Shown piece after piece: positions 1-11,183 of a stretch of 64,000 nt of DNA; the first letter of the stretch is position 1, and each line of letters opens with the position of its first letter. The DNA is from Planctomycetota bacterium (lineage in GTDB: Bacteria > Planctomycetota > UBA8108 > SXIK01). Position numbers and translations under genes: made by a program. Where the stretch lies: contig CBDCXR010000004.1 of assembly GCA_965223845.1 (NCBI GenBank), forward strand, positions 3,787,334 to 3,851,333. The letters run 5' to 3'. The notes beneath the pieces were generated by a model. That model was not told where the DNA came from and did not search any database. It saw only the letters and a program-made list of their open reading frames with translations.

Positions 1-698
1 CTCGGGCGAATCTGCTCGCCATTATTCCGACGAGCGTTGGCGGCTCGAAGCCGAACGTACTCGCTAGCGGCGACGCGCTTCCGTCGCCGCAGCAGCGTCT
101 CCTCGACACCCTTCGGGCGGAGGTGGAGCGCGGCGAGCTCGAAGGCGCTTTCAGTATCCGCGGCATGCCTCCCGGCCCCCTGAGCGCCGTACTCGCCTGG
201 GGCGTCGCCGAACCCAGTCGCGTCGAGCAGGCGCTCGTCGACCTGTTCGAGTCCGCCAAGAAGTATGGCGCCGGCTCGTTCTCGTCCACCGTGACTCGCT
301 TCCGGGATCGACCCGTCCATCGCGTTCAGTTCGGAAACGAGGATCCCAAGGTCGAGCGAATCTTCGGGCGTGGAGCCGCCGTCCACTGGACGACGACGAA
401 GGACGCCGTGCTCTTCGCGTACGGAGCGAAGAGTCTCGAGGCTCTCAAATGGAGCCTCGAGAGGAAGTCAACTCCCCGACGCAGCAAGCATCTCTACGCG
501 CCGGCGTTGTTCACGACGCGCGTCCGCCCGTGGCTCGATATTTTCGGTCCGCTCGATCGACGCGTCGAAAGCATGAAGTCGGCGGTTCGGCCGACGGACC
601 GTCTGTTCATGGAATCCAGCCTGAACGGCGACGGGATGCTCACGCGGTTCGAGATCCCCACGGGACTCATCCGCGCGCTGGTGAAAGCCGCGAAGTAG
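1..698 (+). CDS. Hypothetical protein, C-terminal part; the ORF is open to the window start (frame of 123 continues upstream with no stop)
   Basis: Protein-like composition from position 3 onward, no stop before 698; listed ORF 123..698 begins at an internal GTG; no recognisable family. Confidence 0.45.
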   Translation, partial: RANLLAIIPTSVGGSKPNVLASGDALPSPQQRLLDTLRAEVERGELEGAFSIRGMPPGPLSAVLAWGVAEPSRVEQALVDLFESAKKYGAGSFSSTVTRFRDRPVHRVQFGNEDPKVERIFGRGAAVHWTTTKDAVLFAYGAKSLEALKWSLERKSTPRRSKHLYAPALFTTRVRPWLDIFGPLDRRVESMKSAVRPTDRLFMESSLNGDGMLTRFEIPTGLIRALVKAAK

Positions 699-748
699 CG
701 GGCTCGGAGCGCTCAGGGGTCGGAAAAGAGCTCGCGCGGTTCGATCCG

Positions 749-1912
749 TTATCGGGATTGGGCAGCGTCGGGCCCGTGAACGAGTGGGCCCGCACCCGCG
801 CCTTCGATCGAGTGCGCACCGGCGGGCGTCAGTCGAACGGCGGTCCTCACACGCTCGACGAGATTCCGCGCCGCGAGGCGACGCACGACGCGCTCGACGC
901 GCTTCGGGCTCCAGTTGAAGCGCGCCGCGAGCGAGGCGGGGTCGACCGCTTCGCTTCCGCCGCTCAAATGCAGCAGAAACAGTTGTTCGCGGAGACGCCG
1001 CGCCAGCCGGAGTCGAAACAGCGCTCGCGCCACGAGCCCGTACCGCGGCGAGAGGACGAGGGCGAGAAGGAAGAACACGCCCGCCATCGTCGCCATCGCA
1101 GCTGCGATCGAGCAGTCGATCGCGTAGGCGAGTGCGTATCCGGTCGCCGTGGATGCGATTCCGAACGCGACCGCGAGCGCGATCATGGAGCGCAGTCGAT
1201 CGGTGAGGAGGTACGCGGTCGCCGGAGGAACGACGAGCATCGCGACGACGAGGATCGCACCGACCGATTCGAACGAGCCGACGACGGTCACCGACACGGC
1301 GGACATGAGGAGGTAGTGAACGACGACGGGTGAGATTCCGAGCGCGGCGGCGAGCTGCGGATCGAAGCTGGCGACCTTGAGCTCCTTGTAGAACACGATG
1401 ACGACGAGCAGATCGAGGATGAGGATGGCGAGCGAAACCCAGATCGCCTTCGGGCCGAACTCGGGTCGCCCGGGGATCAAGGGATCGATCGGTGCGAGAC
1501 CGATCTCGCCGTAGAGAACGCAGTCGACATCGATGTGAACCGACGACAGATAGCGACTGAGAAGAATGACGCCGATCGAGAAGAGGGCCGGAAAAACGAC
1601 TCCGATCGAGGCATCCTCCTTGAGACGGCGGGTCCGAACGAGGAGCCCGACGAGAAAGACCGTCAAGACGCCGCACGCGCCGGCTCCGATGAGCGTCAGA
1701 ATCGGTGCGTGGGCTCCAGCGACGAGATACGCGATCGCGATCCCCGGCAGCACGGAGTGGCTGATCGCGTCCCCGAGAAGCGCCATGCGGCGGAGAACCA
1801 GGAACGAACCGACCAGCGCGCAACTCGACGCGACGGCGCTCCCGACGATGAGGATCACCCAGCGATCGGAGTCGAGGCCGAGGAACGAGCTGAGTCCGAG
1901 AACGAAGCTCAC
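749..1912 (-). CDS. ABC-3 family metal (Mn/Zn) transporter permease with C-terminal winged-helix DNA-binding domain (DtxR N-domain-like, no dimerisation domain)
   Basis: About 8 TM helices typical of MntB/ZnuB/TroD (LLGDAISHSVLPGIA...); C-terminal tail ...LAARFNWSPKRVERVVRRLAARNLVERVRTAVRLTPAGA resembles a DtxR/MarR wHTH; 4-bp overlap with upstream permease. Confidence 0.8.
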   Translation of the reverse strand: MSFVLGLSSFLGLDSDRWVILIVGSAVASSCALVGSFLVLRRMALLGDAISHSVLPGIAIAYLVAGAHAPILTLIGAGACGVLTVFLVGLLVRTRRLKEDASIGVVFPALFSIGVILLSRYLSSVHIDVDCVLYGEIGLAPIDPLIPGRPEFGPKAIWVSLAILILDLLVVIVFYKELKVASFDPQLAAALGISPVVVHYLLMSAVSVTVVGSFESVGAILVVAMLVVPPATAYLLTDRLRSMIALAVAFGIASTATGYALAYAIDCSIAAAMATMAGVFFLLALVLSPRYGLVARALFRLRLARRLREQLFLLHLSGGSEAVDPASLAARFNWSPKRVERVVRRLAARNLVERVRTAVRLTPAGAHSIEGAGAGPLVHGPDAAQSR

Positions 1913-3228
1913 CTTGCACCTCGTCCACTCGTCGTCTCGGCGTCGTTTCCCTCCCCGTCGGGGTTCGGGATCGCTCGGCCGTGCGGGTCGTGCGTCGGAT
2001 GCCCCAGAATGCGCGCGAACTCACGCACGGCTTCGTCGCTGAGCGCGTGCTCCATCTCCTCGGCGTCGCGGTGGACGTGATCGGCGGGAAGGTCGAGTCT
2101 TCGCGTGAGATAGAGCTCCCAGAGCCGGTGCTTGCGGACGACGCGCTGCGCGGCAACGAGCCCGGAAGGAGTTAGGCGCAGTCCATCGGCAACGGTTTCG
2201 ACGAGCCTCCGCGCTGCGAGCGCCTGCGCGGTTCGATCGACGACGCCGCCTCTCTGTCCGCGAAATCCCATCAGAACGGAACGAGGTACGGCTTCCTCCC
2301 AACTGCCGGTGCTCTCACCGCAGCGGTAGAGGTCGTTGAGCAGGTTTTCGCGGCGGATGCGCCGGGCGAGGCGACGGTGGCGCACGAACGCCCAAACCAC
2401 CCCGCGCCGCGGCGCGAGCGCGGTCGAAAGCGCGAGAATCGCGCTCGCGACGACAACGATCGTGGGTCCCGTCGGCATGCGATCGATCGTTCCGCTCAGC
2501 GTCGCGCCGGCAGCGCTCGAAAACGCGCCGATGGTAGCGGCGAGAAGAAGCATGATGCTGAAACGGTCCGTCCACTGCCGCGCGGCCGCCGCCGGCGTGA
2601 CGAGGGCGGCGACGGTGAGGACGACGCCGACGGTTTGCAGTCCGACGACGACGACTGCGACGAGGACCACCGTGAGGAGGACCTCGAGAAAACGCGTCGG
2701 CAGACCGATGCTCGCGGCGAACTCGCGATCGAAGCAGAGGAGCTTGAGTTCCTTGTAGAAAAGGAGGATGCAGGCGAGGACGGCGGCGCCGACGACCGCG
2801 AAGAGTACGAGGTCGCTCCCGAGCAAGGTGACGGCCTGTCCGAACAGGAATCGATCGAGTCCCGCCTGATTTCCGTGCGCCGTCTTTTGAATGTACGTGA
2901 GAAGAACAATTCCCACGCCGAAGAACACCGAGAGCACGATGCCCATCGCGGAGTCTTCCTTGACCCGGCTCCCGCGAGCGACCGCGAGCATGACGAGCGC
3001 CCCCAGAAGTCCCGTGGCCGCCGCACCCGCGAGAATCGCCGGAGAGCTCTTCGCGCCGACGAGCAGATACGCGAGGCAGACCCCGGGGAGCGCCGCGTGA
3101 GCCAGAGCATCGCCGAGGAGGCTCTGCCGCCGAAGCACGGCGAAAACGCCCGTCGCACCACCGATCGTCCCGAGGAGGGACGTCCCGATGAGCACGTTTC
3201 GGAAAGTGGAAGATGTCAGCCAGTCCAT
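1909..3228 (-). CDS. ABC-3 family metal transporter permease fused to a complete DtxR/MntR-like repressor (wHTH plus metal-binding/dimerisation domain)
   Basis: N-terminal MntB-like TM core; C-terminal 140 aa align to DtxR: wHTH (VVDRTAQALAARRLVET...LRLTPSG...RKHRLWELYL) and Fe_dep_repr_C-like HVHRDAEEMEHALSDEAVREFARILGHPTHDPHGRAIP. Confidence 0.8.
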   Translation of the reverse strand: MDWLTSSTFRNVLIGTSLLGTIGGATGVFAVLRRQSLLGDALAHAALPGVCLAYLLVGAKSSPAILAGAAATGLLGALVMLAVARGSRVKEDSAMGIVLSVFFGVGIVLLTYIQKTAHGNQAGLDRFLFGQAVTLLGSDLVLFAVVGAAVLACILLFYKELKLLCFDREFAASIGLPTRFLEVLLTVVLVAVVVVGLQTVGVVLTVAALVTPAAAARQWTDRFSIMLLLAATIGAFSSAAGATLSGTIDRMPTGPTIVVVASAILALSTALAPRRGVVWAFVRHRRLARRIRRENLLNDLYRCGESTGSWEEAVPRSVLMGFRGQRGGVVDRTAQALAARRLVETVADGLRLTPSGLVAAQRVVRKHRLWELYLTRRLDLPADHVHRDAEEMEHALSDEAVREFARILGHPTHDPHGRAIPNPDGEGNDAETTSGRGAR

Positions 3229-3431
3229 CGCCTTCGCCCCGTCGCTCCCGCATCGTCCGAGCGACGGATCAACAGCCCGTTGAGAAAGTGCTTCGAGTCG
3301 ACAGCCGGCTCGTGTGCGTTCCGATCGGCCGCGGCAAATGCGGACGATCTTACGGGTTTTCGAGAATGGGCGCGGCCGATTGGAGCGTGAACGCGCCGGT
3401 CGTTCGGCCGAACGAGTTTTTGGGCGGACGG

Positions 3432-4322
3432 TTAACCCGAGCTTCGCGGCGGCCGCGCGCGAAGAAGAGATTCCGCCGCCTTCGACAGCGCGGTCAATCG
3501 GCCGCCGTACGTCATTTGGATGTTCTCTTCGTTGAACGTCGTCGGCACGGGTCCCGCCGCGACGAGTCGCATGTTGAGAAAGATCACGTCGTCGAAGTAC
3601 GCCGCGACGGTTTGTAGGTCGTGGTGGACGGCGACGACCGTCCGACCCTCCGCGCGCAGCTTCTTCAGCAGGCCGAGAACCGCCTCCTCGGTCGCGGCGT
3701 CGACGCCCGCGAACGGCTCGTCCATCAGATAGAGCCGCGCGTCCTGCGCAAGCGCGCGAGCGAGGAACACGCGCTGCTGCTGGCCGCCGGAGAGCTGGTT
3801 GATCTGCCGCCGGGCGAACTCCTCCATGCCGACCTCGGCGAGGCAGCGCATCGCACGGTCACGATGCCGGCGAGTCGGCCACCGAATCCATCCCAGCTCG
3901 CCGTAGAGTCCCATCGTAACGACGTCGAGCGCCGTGGTCGGAAAATCCCAGTCGACGGTCTCTCGCTGCGGCACGTACGCGACCCACGATCGCCGCTCGG
4001 CGTACGGCGCGCCGAACACCTTGACCCAACCGGTCAGCGGACGCACGAGTCCGAGGATTCCCTTGAGCAGCGTACTCTTTCCTGCTCCGTTCGGTCCGAC
4101 GATGGCGATGAGCCGCCCGGGAGGAAAGGTGACGTCGACGTCCCAGAGGACGGGGTGCACGCCGTACGCGACGGTCATGTCGTGCACTTCCACCGCTGCC
4201 GGTGCGTTCTCGTCGGAGGACGAGGACGCCGCTGCGGTCGGCGCCTCATCGGCGCTAGGCTCCGCGCGCACCAAGCGAGCTTCTGCGTTGGGGCGATTCT
4301 CCTCGCGCTCCGCGCCGCTCAT
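3432..4322 (-). CDS. Metal ABC transporter ATP-binding protein (MntA/ZnuC-like)
   Basis: Walker A GPNGAGKST, signature LSGGQQQR, Walker B LYLMDEPF; ATG at 4320-4322 overlaps TGA of upstream binding-protein gene (ATGA); the listed 594-aa ORF has a spurious N-terminal extension. Confidence 0.85.
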   Translation of the reverse strand: MSGAEREENRPNAEARLVRAEPSADEAPTAAASSSSDENAPAAVEVHDMTVAYGVHPVLWDVDVTFPPGRLIAIVGPNGAGKSTLLKGILGLVRPLTGWVKVFGAPYAERRSWVAYVPQRETVDWDFPTTALDVVTMGLYGELGWIRWPTRRHRDRAMRCLAEVGMEEFARRQINQLSGGQQQRVFLARALAQDARLYLMDEPFAGVDAATEEAVLGLLKKLRAEGRTVVAVHHDLQTVAAYFDDVIFLNMRLVAAGPVPTTFNEENIQMTYGGRLTALSKAAESLLRARPPRSSG

Positions 4323-5275
4323 CGCAGCGACTCCACGAGCGTCGTCACGTTGTGGCGAACCATCGTCGCGTAGGTGTCGGCGCCGCTCTCGGCCGGCCCC
4401 AAGGAGTCCGAGTAGAGCTCGCCCCCGACGGCGACCTCGTGGCCGCGGTCGCGGCACGCGGCCTGTACGGCCTCGATGCTCTTTCGCGGCACGCTGCTTT
4501 CGACGAAGATCGCTTTCAATTGTCGATCGATGATCACCTCGGTGACGCGCGCGATGTCGCGTAGACCGGCCTCCGCCGCCGTGTTGATGCCCTGGAGTCC
4601 GACGACCTCGACGCCGTAACGGTCTCCGAAGTAGCCGAATGCGTCGTGCGCCGTGACGAGAACGCGCGAGGATTCGGGGATCTTCCCGATTTCCTCCTTC
4701 ACCCACGCGTCGAGAGCCAGCAACTCGGCCGCGACCGCGCGGTAGCGCTCGTCGATCGCTTCCGCGTCCTCCGGCGACAGGGCTTTCAACTCCGTAGCGA
4801 CCGCACCGCAGACGATCGTCCACAGGGAGACGTCGAACCACACGTGCGGATCGACCGCCCCGTCCTCTCGGCGGACGCGATCCTCCGGCAGCGTCTCGGC
4901 AACCGCGACGACACGCCGGCCGGCGCCGGCGATGCGCTCGAGCACCGAGCCCATCTTCCCCTCGAGATGGAAGCCGTTGTAGAGAACGAGATCCGCGGCG
5001 CCGAGCCGGCGCACGTCGCTCTCCGTCGGATTGTAGAGGTGAGGATCGATCCCCGGGCGCATCAAGCCGACCACCTCGACCCCGTCCGGTGCGAGACGCT
5101 CGGCGATCTCTGCGATCATTCCCGTCGTCGCGACGACAACCGGACCGATGCGTTCCGCCCCGGGGGAGCAAGCGACGCCCGCCGCGAGCGCGAGACCGGC
5201 GAGCGCGCCCCGCCACCAGCGCCCGCGCGCACGTTCCGTGGATGCACCGAGCCGTCGAGTTCGCGCGTCGATCAT
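4319..5275 (-). CDS. Metal ABC transporter substrate-binding lipoprotein (TroA/MntC/ZnuA cluster-9 family)
   Basis: Lipoprotein signal (..ALAAGVACSPG), family motifs (DPHLYNPTESDV, DPHVWFDVS, LVTAHDAFGYFGDRYG); first gene of the operon. Confidence 0.8.
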   Translation of the reverse strand: MIDARTRRLGASTERARGRWWRGALAGLALAAGVACSPGAERIGPVVVATTGMIAEIAERLAPDGVEVVGLMRPGIDPHLYNPTESDVRRLGAADLVLYNGFHLEGKMGSVLERIAGAGRRVVAVAETLPEDRVRREDGAVDPHVWFDVSLWTIVCGAVATELKALSPEDAEAIDERYRAVAAELLALDAWVKEEIGKIPESSRVLVTAHDAFGYFGDRYGVEVVGLQGINTAAEAGLRDIARVTEVIIDRQLKAIFVESSVPRKSIEAVQAACRDRGHEVAVGGELYSDSLGPAESGADTYATMVRHNVTTLVESLR

Positions 5276-5391
5276 AGAGAAGACTCTAACCGAGACGCGA
5301 GCTCGAGAACATGCCGCGCCTTCGGCTCGACGTTAACGCAGCGCCCGATGGCCCCGAACCGAGAACGTGGTCCCAAACCTCTCGGCGATCC

Positions 5392-6684
5392 TCACGGAGT
5401 CTCGTTCGTGCTCGGCTCCGTTGGCGGGGACGAGCCACCGTCCGCGGGAGCATCGGGAGCCGACTCGGCCGCCGCCGATTCCTTCGTCTTTCGGGGGAAC
5501 CGGCCGTTCTGCAGGAAATGAAGCGTGCGGCGGATCACCTCCGGCTCCGACGCCATGAATGTGTGGCCCACCGGAAGGACGCAAAAGTCGCGCGCACCGG
5601 GAAGCCGCGTGTTGTCGACGCGGACGACTCCGTCGTTGTCGCCGAGAAGAAACGGGTTGTAGCCTCGGCCCCCGGTTCCCCCCGCGATGATCCCGAATTC
5701 GCAGTCGGGAACGGGACGTGCGTCGACTTCATCCGGGGTCAGCTCCGGTCCCGACGGGCCCGCGAGCGCCCGAAAGATCGGGAACGACTCGAGCCGATTC
5801 GCGATGACGCTCCCCTGGTTGGGCGGCCCGAGCATCACGAGACGATGAGTCTGGATTCGCTGCCGCCAAGCCGCTGGCCGCGCGAGCAGCTCACGAACGA
5901 CGATGCCGCCGAGACTGTGCGTGACGAAGGAGACTTCCCGAATCTCGGACGCGGCGTCGAGCACTCTCTCGATCCCGTCGGCGTGGTCGTCGATCGAGCG
6001 CCGCGTGCTCGGGTATCCGACCGCAGCAGTTTCGTAACCGGCGGCGGCGAGTGCTTCCTCAAACTGCCGGAACATTCCCCTCGTTCTCCCGAGGCCGTGA
6101 ACGAGGACGACGAGATGGTCGCTCCGAGGACAGAGATCGCGTTCGCGCGCCTCGCGTTCGAAGCTCGTTCGGCACGCAGCGAACGAGCCCCACGCGCGCC
6201 GCACGTTGCCCGCGTCGAGAAGACGAAAGTGACCGAAGTGAACGTGCTCCTGAATGCGCCAGCCGCGACGCACAAAGCGATCCGCCCAGAGCTGAGCTCC
6301 CCCGAGTGTGCGGATCGGAAGATTCGGTCTCCCGACTCCGTGACGGCGCACGAGCTCACGGCTTCGGGCGGCGGCACACTCGTCCCAGCTGCCCGCGGCG
6401 ACGACTCGGGCACCGCGGATGTCGACGACGCGGTACCTCTCCTCGTCCGGAACACGCTCGATGCGAAGATCGAGTACGAGGCGATCAGCGCAGCGATCCG
6501 AGTTCGCGCGGTTCGCCGGGCGGGGCGGGGCTTTCGGCTTCGTTTCCTGAGCTCCTGCCCCGGCGCAAGCGAGCAGAACCGAGACGAACGCCGCCGCGAT
6601 GCGAGCCGCTCCCCCCAACCGAAAGACAAACGCTCCGCGTGGCGGCTTCGAGTCGCCCCGCGACTCGGGTGGATCGTTCGGCAT
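5392..6684 (-). CDS. Secreted alpha/beta-hydrolase (lipase/esterase-like, GxSxG = HSLGG) with an about 180-aa N-terminal domain of unknown function
   Basis: Signal peptide after MPNDPP... (ATG at 6682-6684), VVLVHGLG...THSLGG...LVMLGPPNQGS; the upstream part of listed ORF 5392..6999 is a spurious extension. Confidence 0.65.
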   Translation of the reverse strand: MPNDPPESRGDSKPPRGAFVFRLGGAARIAAAFVSVLLACAGAGAQETKPKAPPRPANRANSDRCADRLVLDLRIERVPDEERYRVVDIRGARVVAAGSWDECAAARSRELVRRHGVGRPNLPIRTLGGAQLWADRFVRRGWRIQEHVHFGHFRLLDAGNVRRAWGSFAACRTSFEREARERDLCPRSDHLVVLVHGLGRTRGMFRQFEEALAAAGYETAAVGYPSTRRSIDDHADGIERVLDAASEIREVSFVTHSLGGIVVRELLARPAAWRQRIQTHRLVMLGPPNQGSVIANRLESFPIFRALAGPSGPELTPDEVDARPVPDCEFGIIAGGTGGRGYNPFLLGDNDGVVRVDNTRLPGARDFCVLPVGHTFMASEPEVIRRTLHFLQNGRFPRKTKESAAAESAPDAPADGGSSPPTEPSTNETP

Positions 6685-6982
6685 CGAGTCTTCCTCTCTG
6701 CGGCACGGACCGCTTCGAGCCAAAGTCCCGCGCCCGCCGTTCTCGTCTGAAGATGATTGTGGCGTGCTCGAGCGGGATCTCAAGCGTTCACCTCGAGGAA
6801 CGTCGACCCAAGTCCGGCGAGCGCCGCCGCGCGGAGAAGTCCGTTCCCTCGATGCCTCGATGTTCTCGCTTTGAGATCCCCGAGGAACCCAGTACATCTG
6901 GGAACTTCCGAAGGAAACGCCGGCGCGTCTTCTTCGCTCCGGTGTCCGCAGCCCGCTCCCGAGAGTACATCCGAGGAATGAG

Positions 6983-8458
6983 ATGAGACCAATCGCCAAG
7001 ATCTCCCTGCTGCTCCTAGCGCTTGCGTGTACCCCTCAGGCGATGTCCGCGCCGAAGAAGATTCTTCTCGTCGGCACGCATCCGAGTCACGGGTACAACC
7101 AGCACGAATACCTCCACGGGAATCGCATTCTCGCGCACTGCCTGCGGCAGAACGGCGTCGACGCCGTGTCCTACAACGGCTTTCCTCCGGCGGAGGAGAT
7201 CAATGAGGCGGCGCACTTCCACCTCTTCTGCTCCTGGGGCGGCGACTTCGTGCTAAAGGATGCGGACCGCCGGGCAATCTTCCTCGCAAACATTCGCCGC
7301 GGCATGGGCTTCTCGACGCTTCACTTTGCGTGCGATATCACCCCCGACCTCGAAGACAAGGGACTCGGCGACGTCTACATGGAGGCGCTCGGGGCGTTTT
7401 ACGACACCGGGTTCTCGCGCAACCCGCACAATACGGTCACTCTTCGTCCGGCGAACGTCGGGCATCCGATTCTGAGCGGCGTGAGCGAGCTGACGCAGCA
7501 CGACGAGATCTACTTCAACCTGCGGTTCATGCCGTACACGCGTCCGGTCCTCGTCGGACGAATCAAGGATCGCGACGGCGACTTCGATCGCTGGGTCTCG
7601 TGGTGTTACGAACGTCCCGACGGCGGGCGCTCGTTCGGCTACACGGGAGCGCACTTCCACAAGACCTTCGAAGCGGAGAGTTTCCGGCGCCACCTCGTAA
7701 ACGGGATTCTCTGGTCGGCGAAAGTCGAGCTTCCCGAAGGAGGGGCGAAGGTCGACTTCGATCCCGCGTGGCTCGTTCCGCCGCGCCGGAAGGCACCGGC
7801 TGGTCGCCCCCCCGCGGGAAAGCTCCTTCCGCTGGACCGGGCGGGAGGCGACGCGGAGTGGGTGAACATCCTCACGGCCGAATCCTTTCCGCGGTGGACG
7901 CAGAAAGGTAAGGCGAACTGGAAGCTCGAAGACGGAGTGCTCACCGGAACGGGGCCGGTCGGTCACGTCTTCAGCCCGCGCGGCGACTACGCCAACTTCG
8001 AGTACGAGGCCGAGGTGAAGATCAGCAACGATTCGAACAGCGGCATGTACTTTCGTGCGGAGCTCGGCGACTCGTGGCCGAATGGCTACGAAGCGCAGGT
8101 GAACGCCTCGCACGGCGATCCCGTACGCTCCGGCAGCCTCTATCACTTCGAGAAGGTGTTCGAGAAATATACGAAAAACGACGAGTGGTTCACGCAGCGC
8201 ATCGTCGCCGCCGGAAACCGGATCACCATTTCGATCAACGGTGCTCCCGTCGTCGACGTCGATATGGACGAGAAGCTCGCCCGAGTTCAGACTCAGCTCG
8301 CCGCGGAGACGGACGCGAGAAAGAAGCGTCAGCTCGGCCGGCTCGCACAGCAGATCGACAGCTTTCGCAAGCTCGAACGAGGCCACTTCGCGTTCCAGCA
8401 GCATCACGACGGTAGCGTGGTTCAGTACCGGAACGTCCGCGTGCGCGAATTGCCCTAG
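6983..8458 (+). CDS. Secreted ThuA-like (trehalose-utilisation-like GATase1 fold) domain fused to a DUF1080 / 3-keto-disaccharide-hydrolase-like beta-sandwich domain
   Basis: Signal peptide, N-terminal ThuA-like region (KILLVGTHPSHGYNQHEY...), C-terminal DUF1080-like (WKLEDGVLTG...MYFRAE...GHFAFQQHHDGSVVQYRNVRV); GAGGA RBS upstream of ATG 6983. Confidence 0.75.
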   Translation: MRPIAKISLLLLALACTPQAMSAPKKILLVGTHPSHGYNQHEYLHGNRILAHCLRQNGVDAVSYNGFPPAEEINEAAHFHLFCSWGGDFVLKDADRRAIFLANIRRGMGFSTLHFACDITPDLEDKGLGDVYMEALGAFYDTGFSRNPHNTVTLRPANVGHPILSGVSELTQHDEIYFNLRFMPYTRPVLVGRIKDRDGDFDRWVSWCYERPDGGRSFGYTGAHFHKTFEAESFRRHLVNGILWSAKVELPEGGAKVDFDPAWLVPPRRKAPAGRPPAGKLLPLDRAGGDAEWVNILTAESFPRWTQKGKANWKLEDGVLTGTGPVGHVFSPRGDYANFEYEAEVKISNDSNSGMYFRAELGDSWPNGYEAQVNASHGDPVRSGSLYHFEKVFEKYTKNDEWFTQRIVAAGNRITISINGAPVVDVDMDEKLARVQTQLAAETDARKKRQLGRLAQQIDSFRKLERGHFAFQQHHDGSVVQYRNVRVRELP

Positions 8459-8475
8459 TCCTGCACGGGAAAACG

Positions 8476-8506
8476 AGGCGACGGCTCTCAAGCTCGAGTG
8501 CGTCGC
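8476..8506. terminator. GC-rich hairpin between convergent ThuA-DUF1080 and sdhB (candidate bidirectional terminator)
   Basis: ggcgacg ... cgtcgcc inverted repeat with internal ctcgag palindrome, seen directly in sequence. Confidence 0.35.
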
Positions 8507-8508
8507 CC

Positions 8509-9258
8509 CTAGTCTCGCCGCCGCAGATTCGAACGAACGAACTCGCGATTGAGTCGCGCGATGTTTTCGACGCGGATCGACTTCGGGCACGCGGCCTCGC
8601 ACTCGCTCTCGTTCGTGCAGTTGCCGAAGCCTTCATCGTCCATCGCTTCGATCATCGCGCGTGCACGGCGAGCTCGCTCCGGCTGTCCCTGCGGGAGAAG
8701 CGCGAGCTGCGAGACCTTCGCGGAAACGAACAGCATCGCAGAGGCGTTCTTGCACGAGGCCACGCAGGCGCCGCAACCGATGCACGCCGCTGCGTCCATC
8801 GCGAGGTCGGCGTTTTCCTTCGGAATCGCGATCGCGTTCGCGTCGGGAGCCGCCCCCGTCCGCACCGACACGTAGCCACCGGCGCGGATGATTCGGTCGA
8901 AGCTCGAACGGTCGACAACGAGATCCTTCACCACCGGGAACGCGCCCGCGCGCCACGGCTCGATCTCGATCGTGTCGCCGCTCCGAAAGTGCCGCATGTG
9001 GAGCTGACAGACCGTCGTCCCGCGCTCGGGTCCGTGGGCGCGCCCGTCGATGACGAGGCTGCACATTCCACAGATTCCTTCGCGGCAATCGTGGTCGAAT
9101 GCGACCGGATCCTCGCCGCGACGCTCGAGATCTTCGTTGAGGACGTCCAGCATTTCGAGGAACGACGCCTCTTCCGAGATCCCGCTCACCTCGTACGTGA
9201 CCATACGACCGGGATCTTGCGCGTTCTTCTGCCGCCAGATCTTGAGCGTCAACTCCAT
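8509..9258 (-). CDS. sdhB: Succinate dehydrogenase / fumarate reductase iron-sulfur subunit
   Basis: 2Fe-2S CxxxxCxxC..C motif ([10 protein letters not shown]), 4Fe-4S/3Fe-4S motifs ([23 protein letters not shown]); start MELTLKIW at 9258; the listed ORF has an N-terminal extension. Confidence 0.85.
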   Translation of the reverse strand: MELTLKIWRQKNAQDPGRMVTYEVSGISEEASFLEMLDVLNEDLERRGEDPVAFDHDCREGICGMCSLVIDGRAHGPERGTTVCQLHMRHFRSGDTIEIEPWRAGAFPVVKDLVVDRSSFDRIIRAGGYVSVRTGAAPDANAIAIPKENADLAMDAAACIGCGACVASCKNASAMLFVSAKVSQLALLPQGQPERARRARAMIEAMDDEGFGNCTNESECEAACPKSIRVENIARLNREFVRSNLRRRD

Positions 9259-9269
9259 CGCGCCGCTCG

Positions 9270-11179
<1,910 letters not shown>

Positions 11180-11183
<4 letters not shown>

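Noticed and set aside
468-2156. 562-aa ORF on the - strand overlapping the two ABC-3 permease genes in another frame
   Set aside because: Arg/Ser/Pro-rich low-complexity translation typical of off-frame ORFs in about 70% GC DNA; the in-frame permease genes have clear family similarity.
5311-6750. 479-aa + strand ORF opposite the hydrolase gene
   Set aside because: Antisense shadow ORF; the - strand product has signal peptide and GxSxG hydrolase core.
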